NCBI RefSeq assembly: GCF_009914755.1
Contig: NC_060928.1
From: the human T2T-CHM13v2.0 reference genome, Homo sapiens
Length of the DNA stretch: 64,000 nucleotides
Strand: one strand, 5' to 3'
Part shown: piece by piece, positions 25,201 to 40,559 of the stretch
Numbering within the stretch: position 1 is the first letter of the stretch
Layout of the letters: each line of letters starts with the position of its first letter
Notes under the pieces: model-generated
What the model was told of the DNA's origin: nothing
The model's input: the letters and a program-made list of their open reading frames with translations, nothing else
Databases searched by the model: none
Translations under genes and position numbers: made by a program

Positions 25201-26700
25201 CCTCTTTTAGTCATTACAGACTGGTTTCAGCAAGGTGAAGTATTTTCCTGTTAGGTCTCTGGAATAACGGGATTGCCTCTGGAATTGCAGTTGAATGGGG
25301 TTGGATCCACATCATATGGTTGATGCTTTGTCTGAAGTGAAGGCCACATTTGTTTGGCCTATGTCAGGGGAACTGGTGGGTATGGGGCCTATCTGGGACC
25401 TAGGAGGACTTGACTATCTCCAGGATTTTGGTCTGTGAGGCTGTGATGAGTGTCTGCTTCAGAGTTCACAGGCAGTAGGCCTGTTACCAAGTGCAACGAC
25501 AGATGTAGCTTCCTCAGGGTCTCTGAGGGTGTCCCTGTTGGATCACAGAATGGATCCCTGGGCTGCCTATACTGCCTAGTCTGTGGCTAAGATGGACTGG
25601 AACTGAGATACAAGGTTGTTTCAGGTCCACAGCTGAGACCAAGATCTTCAAGCTTGACTCCTGGATCACAAACATTCATGTCTCCCAGTAAGTTCCTGAT
25701 TGAGGAAGACCGCTCTCAGACTGTTTCAGAAGGGCCACAGCCAATTTATAGGGCTCTTTTAAGATCCACAGTGGAACTGAGATCAGGGCATCAGCCTGCA
25801 GGATATGCCTCTTTCCAGACCTGCAGGCAGGCAGAACAGCTCTCTGTCCATCACTGAGACGGGGTGAGAGCAAGCTCCAGAGCCATTTAAGGATACACTG
25901 AGGTAAAGAGTCTTGCAAGCCTGCCATAGAGACTCATGGGTGCATCTTCCAGTGGGACCTAAGCTTGGCAGAAATGGTTCCCAGACCACAGATAGAAGGG
26001 ACTGAAACTGAGATTGAGGGCTAATTGTGAACCTGCTATGGGATGGATACTGGCAAGCCCAACTGTGGTACTAGCAGACAAGACTCCCAGTAGTTTCCTG
26101 TGTTTGCAGGACTGTTCATAGACCACAGCTAAATAGGAGTGGAGGTGAGATTCAGAACCCCTTCAGGAACTTCTATGGTATGGAGGCCAGCAAGCCTGTA
26201 TAAATGCATTTCCCCAGAGTTGTCTGCACAGTGTTGGTAACTCTGGGTCTGCGGCAGAGAAACAGGGACCCTTCAGGATCTACTGTGGGATGGAAGCTAC
26301 AAGCCTATCATATTGCCCAGCAGTTCCCCATGTCATTGGGATTGCTCACAGGCTGCACCAAAGAGGGTCTGAAGTTAAGCTTCAGAACCCCTTTAGGAGC
26401 TAATGTGAGATGGAAGCTGGCTAGGCTGTCATGGTGGCACAGATGAGGAGTTTTGCAACAGTTCTCTGCATGAATGGGATAACTCCCAGGCTAGAAACAA
26501 GACAGAGCCCCTCTAGAATCTACTATGGGACAGAAGCCAGCATATCTGTTCTGGTGGGACAAATAGACAAGTCTTTCTCTGGATCCTTGTGCAAGTCATA
26601 CTAAGTTGGGACTACAGCTGATTGGGCTGGAGTTGAATTACAGTATAACTTTAGTTTCCACTACCAAGATCAATGTCAGCAGGCAAATGAGTCTGTCTGC
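19241..26700 (-). mobile_element. near full-length ancient L1M (L1MA/MB-age), inactive
   Basis: ORF2 endonuclease remnant 22952-23308 (LIDIYRTFHPTAAE...FRIDNMLGHKT); ORF2 pieces 20259-20471; ORF1 remnant 24385-24648 (ITYKGTLIGLSVDSSTEILQARKEWDD); GC-richer repetitive 5' region; frames broken by stops. Confidence 0.92.
21578..22340. repeat. composite TA/CA-rich VNTR inside L1
   Basis: 18 bp units tatacatacacacctgtg / tatacatacatacttgtg, then 32 bp units tatatatacacacccgtatgtatacatacttg. Confidence 0.97.
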
Positions 26701-26829
26701 CAAACACTCATGTGCAGTGGTAGCAGCAGCAGCAGCTTTCCTTATAGAAGTAGCAGAGTCCAACAGTAACTGAGCAGTAAACTGTGTGCTCAGCTATATG
26801 TTTTATTTTTAATTAGATGTGTATTTATT

Positions 26830-27240
26830 TAACAAGCAATATGCCAAGCAACATTCTAATCACTTTACTAATTACTGTCATTCAATACTGATAAAAATCC
26901 TAAGAGGAAGGTATTGTGTAAATAAAAAAAAAAAACTGTGACACAGAGAGGTTAAGTAATTTACCCAAGGTCACACAGCTAGAAAGTGGTAGAGATGATC
27001 TTAGGAAGTGAACTCCAGACCCCATGCTTTCTTGAGAGCACTGCTTTATGCTTTTATTATATCCTCACCATCAATCGGGGGTAGGCATTTTTTGTTGTGG
27101 TTCTTATCTCATTTTATAAATGAGCAAATAGGTTCAAAGAGCAGTGCATTCACCAGCATCTCATGACTAATTTATATCAGAGCCCAGCTACAAGTCCCAA
27201 CCTGCAGACTCCAGACCCCATGCCCTTACCGTGTCCCTCC
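26830..27240 (-). mobile_element. two MIR fragments
   Basis: aaactgtgacacagagaggttaagtaatttacccaaggtcacacagctagaaagtggtagag; second copy cattttataaatgagcaaataggttcaaagag. Confidence 0.8.
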
Positions 27241-29344
27241 AGCTGAGTTGTGGTCTTGGGAGTTTATAATTAAATCTCAGAACCTCATGTGTGTCTAAAT
27301 CTACTTCCAAAAAGCTTTGTTTACTGAGAAGACAGTTTCAGTTTACAAAAAATCAAGGAATCAACAAATGGCTATTCATCACTTACTGTGCAGAAAACAT
27401 AAGGGAGAAGAATATCAGGCCATATAATAAACTATTCCTAACTCAAAGATCTTACACCCAGCTGAAAGCAAGATACACTGTCAAACAGTAAAACAAGTAC
27501 AGTAGTATGGGGCAGTAGGTAATAGATGGTGAGAAATTATAGAAACTTCACCGAGGGCTCCAGGAAGGGAAAAGGGTGAAGACATATAGTCATGGTAAGT
27601 GGGAAGGATTTTGACAGTTGGGGAGGAGACTGTGGAGTTACCTAGGCTCTGATTCCAGGGTAAAAGCAGGAAAGTCCAGGTCTGACTAAAGTGGTGGGAC
27701 ACCAGAAGTTAGATGGGTGAGGGTCAGTGTGCAGGAGCCAAAATGTTAACGATTGGCACTCTGCTCTGTGATAAGTAGCTCAGCCTATTAAGAAGATAGA
27801 GCCTTAATTCAATGGGTCTTGGGGTAGATACCAGTGTAGGGTCACCAATATTGTCTATTGCCCCTTTGAAACACTGGCTGGACAGAGAATTTCTACAGCA
27901 TCAGTCATTGTGGCTTCTTTGTGAGTCACCTGTACATAGACCTTAAGGAACAAGAGAGAAACAGAAGCAAACACAGGAGGACAGTCATCAGGGAAAGAAG
28001 AGTGAGCAAAGAGAAAATAAGAGCTTATAGCTGAGACAAAGCCCAGGCTATATTCTGTTCATGATCAACCCAACCAAAATTAACCTTAAAAAGAAGTTTG
28101 CTCTGTAAATGCAAGTTAACATTATTGAATTGCTCCATTACCATCTGGACTGTTTTCATTTTTAAGCACATGGGTGGTTGCCTCCACATTGAGGAACCAT
28201 TCACAGCCAGGGAAAACACCCCCAAAATGATTTTCCAGGGCATCTGTGCCCTTGTAGAGGCTGCCACGATGTTTTAATTGAGTTGGATTAAATTTCGGTG
28301 GAAGGGGTAGAAGTCGTGCATTTTCAAGAACTAATAATTCTGTAATTTTGCAGGTAGAGAGTACCTTTTTGGCACAAATAGACAGAGAAGGCATCTGCAT
28401 TTCTCTACAGCAGGCATTCTCATTTGGAACAAGACCAGGACTATCAAAAGTGCATGCTGTTTCTTTCTGACTCTGTTGTGCCTAGAGAGGGTCTCCCTCG
28501 ATGCGAGGGGCAATAAGGAGGTTTGCCAGATGGGAGACCTGCAGAAGGAGCCAGGAGATGGTGGTCCAGCCTCACTGAGTCCTGGGTGTCCTGGTCAGCT
28601 TCTCGGTGACATCTACACCCTTCACTCCTGAGTTATTTCTAAGGAATCCACCCATTCTTTCTGGAGCTGGCCACATAGAGAGAGGATTAATGCAAAAGGA
28701 GCAAAGAACAATGGCATTTCACCAGGCACACGAAGGTTTGCATAAATCTTTGCCAAGAGACCCAACGCAGCATCATACGGCAAAAAGAGAGCTGCTGGGC
28801 TGGAAGAGATGAGAATTCTGATTTGGTGTCTTCCTTCTTAGCCCAGTGGGACCTAAGTAAGTCATTGCACCTTTTTGCACCTTGGTTTCTTCCTCTGTAT
28901 GATGTCTAAAGGTCTTCACAGCTCCAATGTTCTGTGATCCCATGACTCTTTTGTGAGGCATTCAAGTCTTCACAATAACAAAATCCACCTGCCCTTCCCT
29001 CCAGCATCATGTCCTCAGCTCCCCACACACAACCTCTTATTTGTTTCATTTGTTGTCTCCTTTTGCCACAAAGTCCCACTGGGCCTTCTAACCTTGGCAC
29101 AAATTCCCTTTTGCCTCTGTAAAGCCAACTTTGCCTTCAAGTTTCCCACTGGCAGCAGGGACCCACTTGGAAGGGAAAAGATTCCCCATGCTAAGAACTC
29201 CCAAATGTTCCCCTGTGCCACGTTGCACCCCAGTGCCTCAGAACAGACTTAGCACATTGTACTGATGAATTCATACGGAGACCCACTTCTAGGGCAGTGT
29301 TTCTTACACATGTTGGGTCCTGGACAGGTTTGATAATCTAATGA

Positions 29345-30055
<711 letters not shown>

Positions 30056-31640
30056 AATAACCCCACACACACAGTTGCAGGGAACTCTCGTTTGGATGGG
30101 CTAAGGTCCTAGCAGGGTAGCTGTAAAGAAACTAAACAAGGAAAGACAGGCATAAGTCTGGCTTGCAAAAATGACTCCACCAGCAGGGAAAAAGAAGGGC
30201 TGTGATTCTGAGGTGCCAGTGCTCAGACTCCTGCTCTGCCATAGCAGGTAGACAGGAAAGGAGACTGGGCAGAGAGGAGCCCAGCACCCATGGTTGAGTC
30301 TAAATACATAACCCCATAGCAAAATCTACTGTCACTCATGGACAGGCACTGGACTGCAGGCTTTCCATGCATCATCTTGTTTAATCATTGCCATAAAACT
30401 TTAAAATGTGTTACATATACTTCACAGTAAAAGAAAGAGAAGTTCAGGGAGGCTGAGAGAAAAAGTTGTGGCATCAGGATTGATGCCCTGTTATATTGGA
30501 ATGCAGAGCCCATACACTTCACTTTCCTCAAGCCTCAGGGCCTGGGAGAGGAGCAGAAGTTGGAGGTGTTTGATCAGAAGCTGAAGCAGGACTGGATCTT
30601 CAGTGAGGTCCATCAGCAGACTCAGCTGTGAAGAGCGCTGCACAGAGAAAAGAGCAAGTACACAGCTAGCAGGTGGTCATCTATTCAGTGCTGTGTCCCT
30701 CCAAACCACTCTTTGCAGACTCCAGGCCAAGCTCAGACATGACACAGCACATCAGTGCTGCCCTCAGAAAGCTTATAACCTCGTCTATTTCCCCTTGAAG
30801 TCTAAACAATCTTGTTGTAGCTTTTCATTTGTTGTCTTCAATAATTTCTTACATTGTACAGTGTGTCTGGTACAGAGGAGAATTTATTACTTGCTCTGCC
30901 ACTGACTCTGTGATTCTACATTTTTCTCACTACCTCAACAAATTGTGAATACCTGAAGATCTGGAATCCCCGGCCAGGAATGCCTTGGTATTCCCCATGG
31001 GGAACTGCAGTGCTTGGGAGGCAGTCAATGAATATTTGTTGGAAGGGTAAACAACAAATACTAAGGTTCTAGGGAATTTTTTTTCACTCTATTGTAAAAA
31101 TGAAGCAGAAGAAAAGCATTTATTGTACTCATTTGGAGCAGTGATTTCTACTCTAGAGAAATCAGCAAGCCTCTATTACTCTAGGCTTATGGCCAGGTCT
31201 TTAAAATATTATTGTTATAGTAATATTTTTCCAACCATATTTGCTGTAATAGGATTTCACCTTAATTTGTTCTCTTGCCACAATGCAAATCAACAAACTA
31301 TAGGACTAGAAGAAAATCAATCAAAAACGAACTCAGGAAATTGAGACCATCTACTCTAAAACTGCATTCCTTGGAGATATTTAAAAGACACTACATGTAC
31401 ACATGCACGCATGCACACACACACGCACACGTGCACAAGGAACAAGGATAGAGGATATGGGAGAAACCTATAAACATACTTCTTGTTCCCCTCAGTGATT
31501 CACGATGGACCTTAACATATGAAAGACTTTGAGCAGCCCTAAAGTAAAGAAACTGATCAGTTTTGAATCACTCAGCATTCCTCGACTTATTGGAGCAAAG
31601 CCTTGATGAACCCAGAGATGAATCAAGTTGTGCAGACTGA

Positions 31641-32036
<396 letters not shown>

Positions 32037-32773
32037 CAGAGTTTAAAATTAACATGACCTGGTTCTGGCTTTCTTCTCTACCACCTAGGAGTTTGAGGCA
32101 AACAAGTAAGTTTACCTCTTGGAGCTGTGTCTCTTCCAACAAAACTTCTTTTAGCACTTGCTATGTGCCAGGCATTGTTATAGTCACTTGGGATATATGA
32201 GGGGACAAAAAAAAGACCTGAATCCCTGCTGTAAGATGCATAAAAATACCGACATCTCATAGCTATCATAAGGCTGAAATGGGGGATAGTTTTCAAGCAT
32301 CTATCATGTTGTCAGTCTTAATAATTTTAAACAAACAAACAAAAAGCTATCAAATTTTTAAAGGAGGTAATGAGCTCATTCTACCAGAAGAAATCGGGTG
32401 CTACTGGTGTCTCCCGACTTCCCACATGCCACAGAATCTTCCTGGTTTATTATCCTATCGTCCAGATTTTTCCTACCAAAAGCTACAAATCACTGTACCA
32501 GTACTCAGTTATTTAAAAAAAGAATATGATAAATTTATTAATGAGCCAAGAAGAAACTATATTGCTGGAGAAACTTGAAGAATGGACTTCAAAAAGGAAG
32601 AATATAAATAGAGGTGTGGGGAGACAGAGGAAGGAATTTGGAAAAGCAAATGTGATTTAAGAAAGAAATATCAGATAATGATTGGATTATCCTCATAATC
32701 CAATTTCCAGATTAGATTTTTTTCCTGAACTCCAATCCTGAATGTTCAACTAACTCCTAAAAACCTCTACCTA

Positions 32774-33077
<304 letters not shown>

Positions 33078-33317
33078 AAAAATCCTACCTGAGGCTCCTC
33101 AAGAACCCAACTATGACTTCATGCCTTCCAAAACCAAACATCCCACTCAATTTTTGAAACCAGTTCTTCCTCCTATGTTACTGAGTTAATGAACTATACC
33201 ACAATGAAACCATCTACACCAGCAAATTCAGAGTCATATTTGCATTCTTCCTTTTTGTCCTCTCACTTGCAGGAGTAATAAGAAGACAAAGAAGAATTAA
33301 AATCTGTGACTTGTGAG

Positions 33318-34283
<966 letters not shown>

Positions 34284-34881
34284 TCTGTTACATGTGTATA
34301 GTGTTCCACAGTTCCCAATGCTCCTTCCTAAGTTTTGTCAAGTGCATATTAGGAAAAGTGCCTAAAATTCAAGAAATCTACTTCCTTCTCTGCACTTGCC
34401 TTAAAAGCAGAGCATTCTGAGGAATTAATAGCTGGATTTCAGAAACTGTATGACTTCTTGCCCACAGTTCTAGAAATCACTCACATGTTTAGGGTAAAGA
34501 AATAAAGGCATAGAAAATCTTCTTAAAGTTAAATAGTAACACAGGATTTTGAGAAAAGAAAAGATTCCATTACAAACTGTGATAACTTATCAAGAATGAG
34601 GATAAATCCTGAAAATTTTCTAAATGTAATAATGGGCCTATTAATGGTGCACAGATTAAAAACTGAGGTCAGAGGCAACACAACAATCTTCAAATTTGAG
34701 CTTAGAATTAAAAGCACTTGTGCACAAAATTGCTGTAACTTCAAATTAATTTCGCACCATTAATTTCCAAGTGCCCTGAGCCACACCGACGCTAGGAGAC
34801 AGACTTTTGTTTGCAGCTGAGCCAGCTGGACTCAATTACTAGTTTCACTTTTGTTTTAAAGCCACCAATATTTTCTTTTAA

Positions 34882-35192
<311 letters not shown>

Positions 35193-35639
35193 AGAAGGAG
35201 GAAGATTTTTAATCAGTTATCTTAACATCTTTTTCATCTAAGACACTGACATTCTGCTTGGTAATGTCTACTTTTATTTGTAGTGGAGTTCCATCCTTGC
35301 TCTGTGGGAATATTTGTTGGGGGGTGGGGTGCTGGGGGGGTGGGGTGCTGAGGGCCCCGGGGGATATGGGAAACTAGATCATATTTCAAAAACCTATGCC
35401 GGTCAGAATCATGGGGAGGAACTTTGAGAAGAGACAATAGAACTAAAGCACATAATTCCTCTTCTTCCAGGTTTATTGACAAAGATAGAAATGAAAAACA
35501 AAAATGAAAATATACAGGGGCAAAAACGACACGGAATATCTTCGGTATGCTAAATAATTGTGGCAACACTACGTAATGATATATTTATATATTTTATTAT
35601 AAATATACCTTATATAATTATGATTATAATGTTAAAATA

Positions 35640-35830
35640 TGATAATAATATGGTAAGAATAACTTATATTTATTGAGAATGTACTATGTGCCCAGCACTG
35701 TTCCAAGCACTTTCCAAATATTAATGCATTTAGCCTGTGTAGTAGATATTTTATGATTCCCACTGTGCAGATATGGAAACTAAGGCACGGAGAGTTTGTA
35801 TATCTAACCACACTCACAGAATTAGAAAGT
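35640..35830 (-). mobile_element. MIR fragment
   Basis: tttattgagaatgtactatgtgcccagcactgttccaagcacttt...cagatatggaaactaaggcacggagag. Confidence 0.85.
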
Positions 35831-36369
35831 GCTTTTCTAATGTTTGCAGAAGTTGCCAAAGCTCATTTCCTTTTTCCTTGTTTGAAATAATAGTTTATGG
35901 ACGAATTAATTGCAAGGTGTTTTTTCAGTTCAAAAGGCAAGACTTTTGTGATTTAGAAGTGGTCTTCTAATTAATGACATTTAATAGGGAATTTCTGAAG
36001 CTCTAGAAACTATTAAAAAGAGAGAGAGAAATAACCTAATCAGACTGATAAGTCAAACGTTTATCTGGTCATCTGGTAGGGTGTCTACATTCATCCGTTC
36101 ACTTATTTGTTTGATAACAATTATAAGCCCCTACCACAGGCCAACAGTGGTAATGGGCATAAAATATGCTGAAAATGATGGTCCTGTGGGGGATATAAAC
36201 TGAACTTTTAAATAGAAAATCCCAAACAGTTAAAAAACAAATGCTTAACATATACATGAAAAGTATTTTAACATGTTATATGTTTATTGTATTGTAAGTA
36301 CTTTCAAACGAGGGAAAAACCTCAAATGCTTCTTAAATATTTACCTAACATATCCAGAACACATCATAA

Positions 36370-36634
36370 TTTTTTTTTTTTTTTTTTTTTTGAGACAGAG
36401 TCTCACTCTGTCACCCAGGCTGGAGTATAGTGGTGCAATCTTGGCTCACTGCAACCTCCGCCTCCTGGGCTCAAGCAATTCTCCTGCCCCAGTCTCCCAC
36501 GTAGCTGGGATTATAGGCATGTGCCACCACACCCAGCTAATTTTTGTATTTTTAGTAGAGACGGGGTTTCACCATATTGGCCAGGCTGGTCTTAAACTCC
36601 TGACCTCAGGTGATCCACCTGCCTCAGCCTCCCA
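36370..36634 (-). mobile_element. AluSx-like, 5'-truncated
   Basis: Ends at gcctcccaa and lacks ~35 nt of the 5' end; TSD aacacatcataa (36358-36369 / 36635-36646). Confidence 0.95.
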
Positions 36635-36669
36635 AACACATCATAAATTTTAAGCACAAAGTGTACATG

Positions 36670-36850
36670 TTAAGTGTTTAACTAACACTTTGTACTGGGA
36701 CCTATTCTAAGCACATTACAGATTTTAACTCATTTAATCTCCACAATAATCCAACGAACTAAGTTCTATGATCACCTCCCTTTTACAAAAGGAGAACTTG
36801 GGCCACAGGGAGGTTAATGAGTAACTTGCCCAAGGTCACACAGTAGTAAC
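36670..36850 (-). mobile_element. MIR fragment
   Basis: aactcatttaatctccacaataatcc...gtaacttgcccaaggtcacacag. Confidence 0.8.
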
Positions 36851-39388
36851 AAAAGAGTTGCCAAAAAATTGATGATGTCTAACAATATGATAAAATAAAT
36901 GGCATATAATGGCATGGAGGTTGGCATAAGGTGCAGAAAAGAGATGTTCCTAAACTTTTCTGAAAGCAGTCAGGAAGGGCTTCAAAGAGGAGGTGACATC
37001 CTAAAGAAAAGTTCCATTTCAGATGCCCTTAAAAACAGACAGCTTGGAGGGAAAATGGATCCAGGCACGAATCAGACAAGAGTATTCACAAGATCACAAC
37101 TCTGAGCCAATCAAGAGTCTCTCCGTAGTTTCACCTTAATTAGAAAGAATTGTGTGTGAAACTGTGCTATGTCATCTCACATGACATTTTTATCGCCTGC
37201 TTAACATTTCAAATGAAACATTTTATTGAATTTGATGTTAAACACTTAACGTGTACTCTTCATGCTCACAATTCCCAACGTGTTCTGACTATATTAAGCA
37301 AATATTGAAGAAACATTTTGGCTGTTTTTTATATTTAAGTATTTAATCTGTAATAAACCTATAGCATGTTAAAAATACACTTCATGTACAGTATGTGTTA
37401 AGTGTTAAGAATATATTTTTGAACTGCCCTCTTTGAGCCTGTCAAACTTTCCATTACAACCCCTAATTTAAGAGGTTTTTTACCCAACCATAAAAATATC
37501 TTCATGTTGATATTACAGGTAAAATATCTCTCTTTCCAGATGCCTTTTTCGGTTGTTGGTGGTTTATTTTTTAGTATTAATACATTTAAAGAATTGACTT
37601 TGTGAAATTGATTATAAAACAAAGATTTTTCTCATAGGATGTTAGTGCAACCCTCTCTATGCTTTTTAAATAATTCACATATTAAAAGCATCTTCTTAAA
37701 AATCATAGATCTTACCCCAAGATTTAGGACAGAAAATGAAACTGGTTGATGTGAATATTATCTGTATATTTCCAGATTGTATTAAAATTCAGAATCAAGG
37801 ATATTAAATAAGGCTGTGGCTACTTTTCAGATAGTCCCAGAACACTTCATGAGCATATAATGATGTAATTATATTAGTTTAGCATATCATTAACACAGTT
37901 GCAGATGAATTTCACATCCCTTTTTCCACCTGCCCTTCAGGGTGCTAGAAGGTAAGAAAACTGTCGTCATAGTGTCATCTTGCCAATGGACAAGCAAAGT
38001 TTTGGAAAGGGTGAATGGTTTGCCCAAGTTCCTGCAGCCACTTATTTGTGACGATGAGTTTTGAACGCATATCCCTTTGTTGACTCTACATGACTGAGGC
38101 CCACAGGTTGCAAAAGGTTTGACCTGATGTGACTTGGTGTTTCCACTTACTTACATTTTAATCTGGTAAAAATCTGAAGTAAGTAAAATTCGACTGTCTG
38201 GTACAGCTAAATAACTGGATTTTTTTTCTATCACTTTCCATTCTTAGAATTGAGATCATATCAAGAAACAAACTCAAAAACCCCTTGTTCAAGCCACCTA
38301 GCCAATGACCAATGCATCCTTCACAATATGCTGTTGTAACATGTTATCTAACTACATCCACAAGTGGTCATAAAAATGCATGTAGCCATCATACCTATAG
38401 GTTCTTTGAAAGCAAGGACTTATCTTACTTATCTTTGTCTCTCTTGTCTGTTCTTAGCCATCCAATGTCTTGCACATTGACTGGCATATTATAGGGGTTT
38501 ATTAAATGTATGCCAATGAAAGGAGCCAGTAGAACTTCACAAAGAGAACTGATACTTGTGTAATTTTGTGCAATATTAGAGGTGAAAGGCATCTCAATTA
38601 TCGATGCCAGCATTTCTCAAAGTGACTTTCTCCAGTCCCGCAAGACCCTACATGACAAAGATTCCATGAACAGATAAGTTTGGGAAATACTCTCTTCACA
38701 AGAAAAAAACATCATATGAGCTCCTTGACTATAGTTCCGCCCTTCCCAATTTTCCCTCTTTGGAGCAGGCTGGCTGTGAGGAGCCAATGCTGTCTGCTGG
38801 AGACAGTACTACCCCTGCTGACTGAGTCAAAACCAGCTCTGCCCACAGTAGTGGCAGAGTAGTAGCGTCTGCCTTGTCCTGGACACAGGACCCTTTGGCC
38901 CTCACCCTGAGCCATCTCTTCATCTTTAGCGTTAATTAAAATGATATTTTGGCCCACATGAGTCATATTCTTTATTTTTTTTATTCTCCATTTGTTCAGA
39001 ACCCAAATGGGGATAAGAAATGCTATTTATTTTTGGTACCCCTAAACTTCAACAGAGAAAAATACCTAAAGTCTTCTGCAGTCAATTGCTTTTCTTTCAA
39101 ATCCATCTTCCTTCCAAGTGTACCAAAAATATCCTCAGGCCTTCAGAGTAATTATATTTATGATCATTCATTTTTTCATTAGTCTAGAGCAAATATTGTG
39201 GGAACTCAAGAAAGACGATGTTCCAAAGTCAACCTCAAGTTTGGAATTGCAAGAAAGAACCACAGATTAAAATGGAACTGGAATCAACTGAACCCTGGAT
39301 ACTCTCTCTAATGAGAGCTCTGTACAGGAACCACATATTATACTGTCCTAATATACAGCCTTAAGAAATTAGGTGGGCTGGACCTAAA

Positions 39389-39480
39389 ATCATACCTAGA
39401 AGACTTAGCCGCAAAGTCAAGGGAAACTTCAGGACCCAAGTAGAGAAACCGAAATTCAACGGAGGCATTGACAACAGTGC
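39389..39480 (+). repeat. arm A of a 92 bp inverted repeat
   Basis: Reverse complement of 41013-41104 with 2 mismatches. Confidence 0.97.
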
Positions 39481-39539
39481 GAAATGTTTGAATGTTGATT
39501 TCTAATTCAGACATAATGTCAAATAGTAAAAATGTTCTG

Positions 39540-39970
39540 ACTTCATTCATTGGCTCAACAAATATTTACTGAGTGCCTGTTATCCTCCAAGGTCTTTAAG
39601 AGGCATTAGAGACATAGCAGTGAGCCAAAGACAAAAATCTCTACCCTCGTAAGGTTTACAATCTAATGGGGAGAGAGACAATAAAAATTAAATAAGTAAG
39701 GTATACAGAACATTAAAAAGTTTACATGGTATGATGAAAATAAGGCAGGTAAGGGAGGCAGAGAATATGGGGGTGTTATACAGTGAAGGGACTGAAACTT
39801 TAAATAGGTTTAAAGTTTCAACTAGCAAAGACCTTAATTGAAAATGTGACATTTGAGCACACACTTGAAGATGCAGATACTAGTTAGAAGTATTCTCAAG
39901 CACAGGAGCAAGAAAATACAGATGTCATGAGAGGGAGTGTATTCAACATGTTTGGTAAATAAGAGGGGGA
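39540..39970 (-). mobile_element. L2 3' portion
   Basis: ttcattcattggctcaacaaatatttactgagtgcc...catagcagtgagccaaagacaaaaatctctaccctc...gtgacatttgagc. Confidence 0.85.
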
Positions 39971-40332
39971 TGTCTCTATCATCTTGCACAGCTATAGCAA
40001 ACTATTATAGCCTGAGTAGCTTAAACAAGAAACATTTATTTTCTCAACAGTTCTAGAGACTGGGAAGTCCAAGATCAAAATCCTGCCAGACTTGGTTTCT
40101 GGTAAGGGTCATCCTCATGCCTTCTCCCATGTCCTCGCATGGCCTTTTCTCCATGTGCCGGAGGAAGTTCTCTGCTGTCTCTTCCTATAAGGGCACTAAT
40201 TCCTTCAGGAGAACCCCACCTCCATGACCTAATGTAATCCTAATTACCTCCAAAGGCCTCATCTTCAAATATTATCATACTGGGGATTAGGGGTTTAATA
40301 TTAATCTGGGGGACACGATTCAGTCCATAGCA
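39971..40332 (-). mobile_element. MLT1A0-like solo LTR
   Basis: tg...gcttaaacaagaaacatttattttctc...gggaagtccaagatcaa...ggggacacgattcagtccatagca; flanks gggga/aggga. Confidence 0.88.
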
Positions 40333-40559
40333 AGGGATTTTTCCAGTTGGAACTAATGAGGCCAGCGGAGTCATTAAAATCATCTTCTCAAAGCTACTCT
40401 CCCCATCTTGTCATTCTCACCATCTGTTGTACTCTCATGACAAAACCAATCCAAGGTATCTTTTTCTCTGAAGCTGAAGGAAACCATAGATTCATGTTCT
40501 CTGAATGCACTTTAACTCATAGTTCCAGTATCTTAGGATCACACTACATTTGCTGATAT

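Noticed and set aside
37941-37951. 11 nt micro-exon-like cag|ggtgctagaag|gtaaga
   Set aside because: Lies at the edge of an antisense MIR, where such cryptic signals are common; no further support
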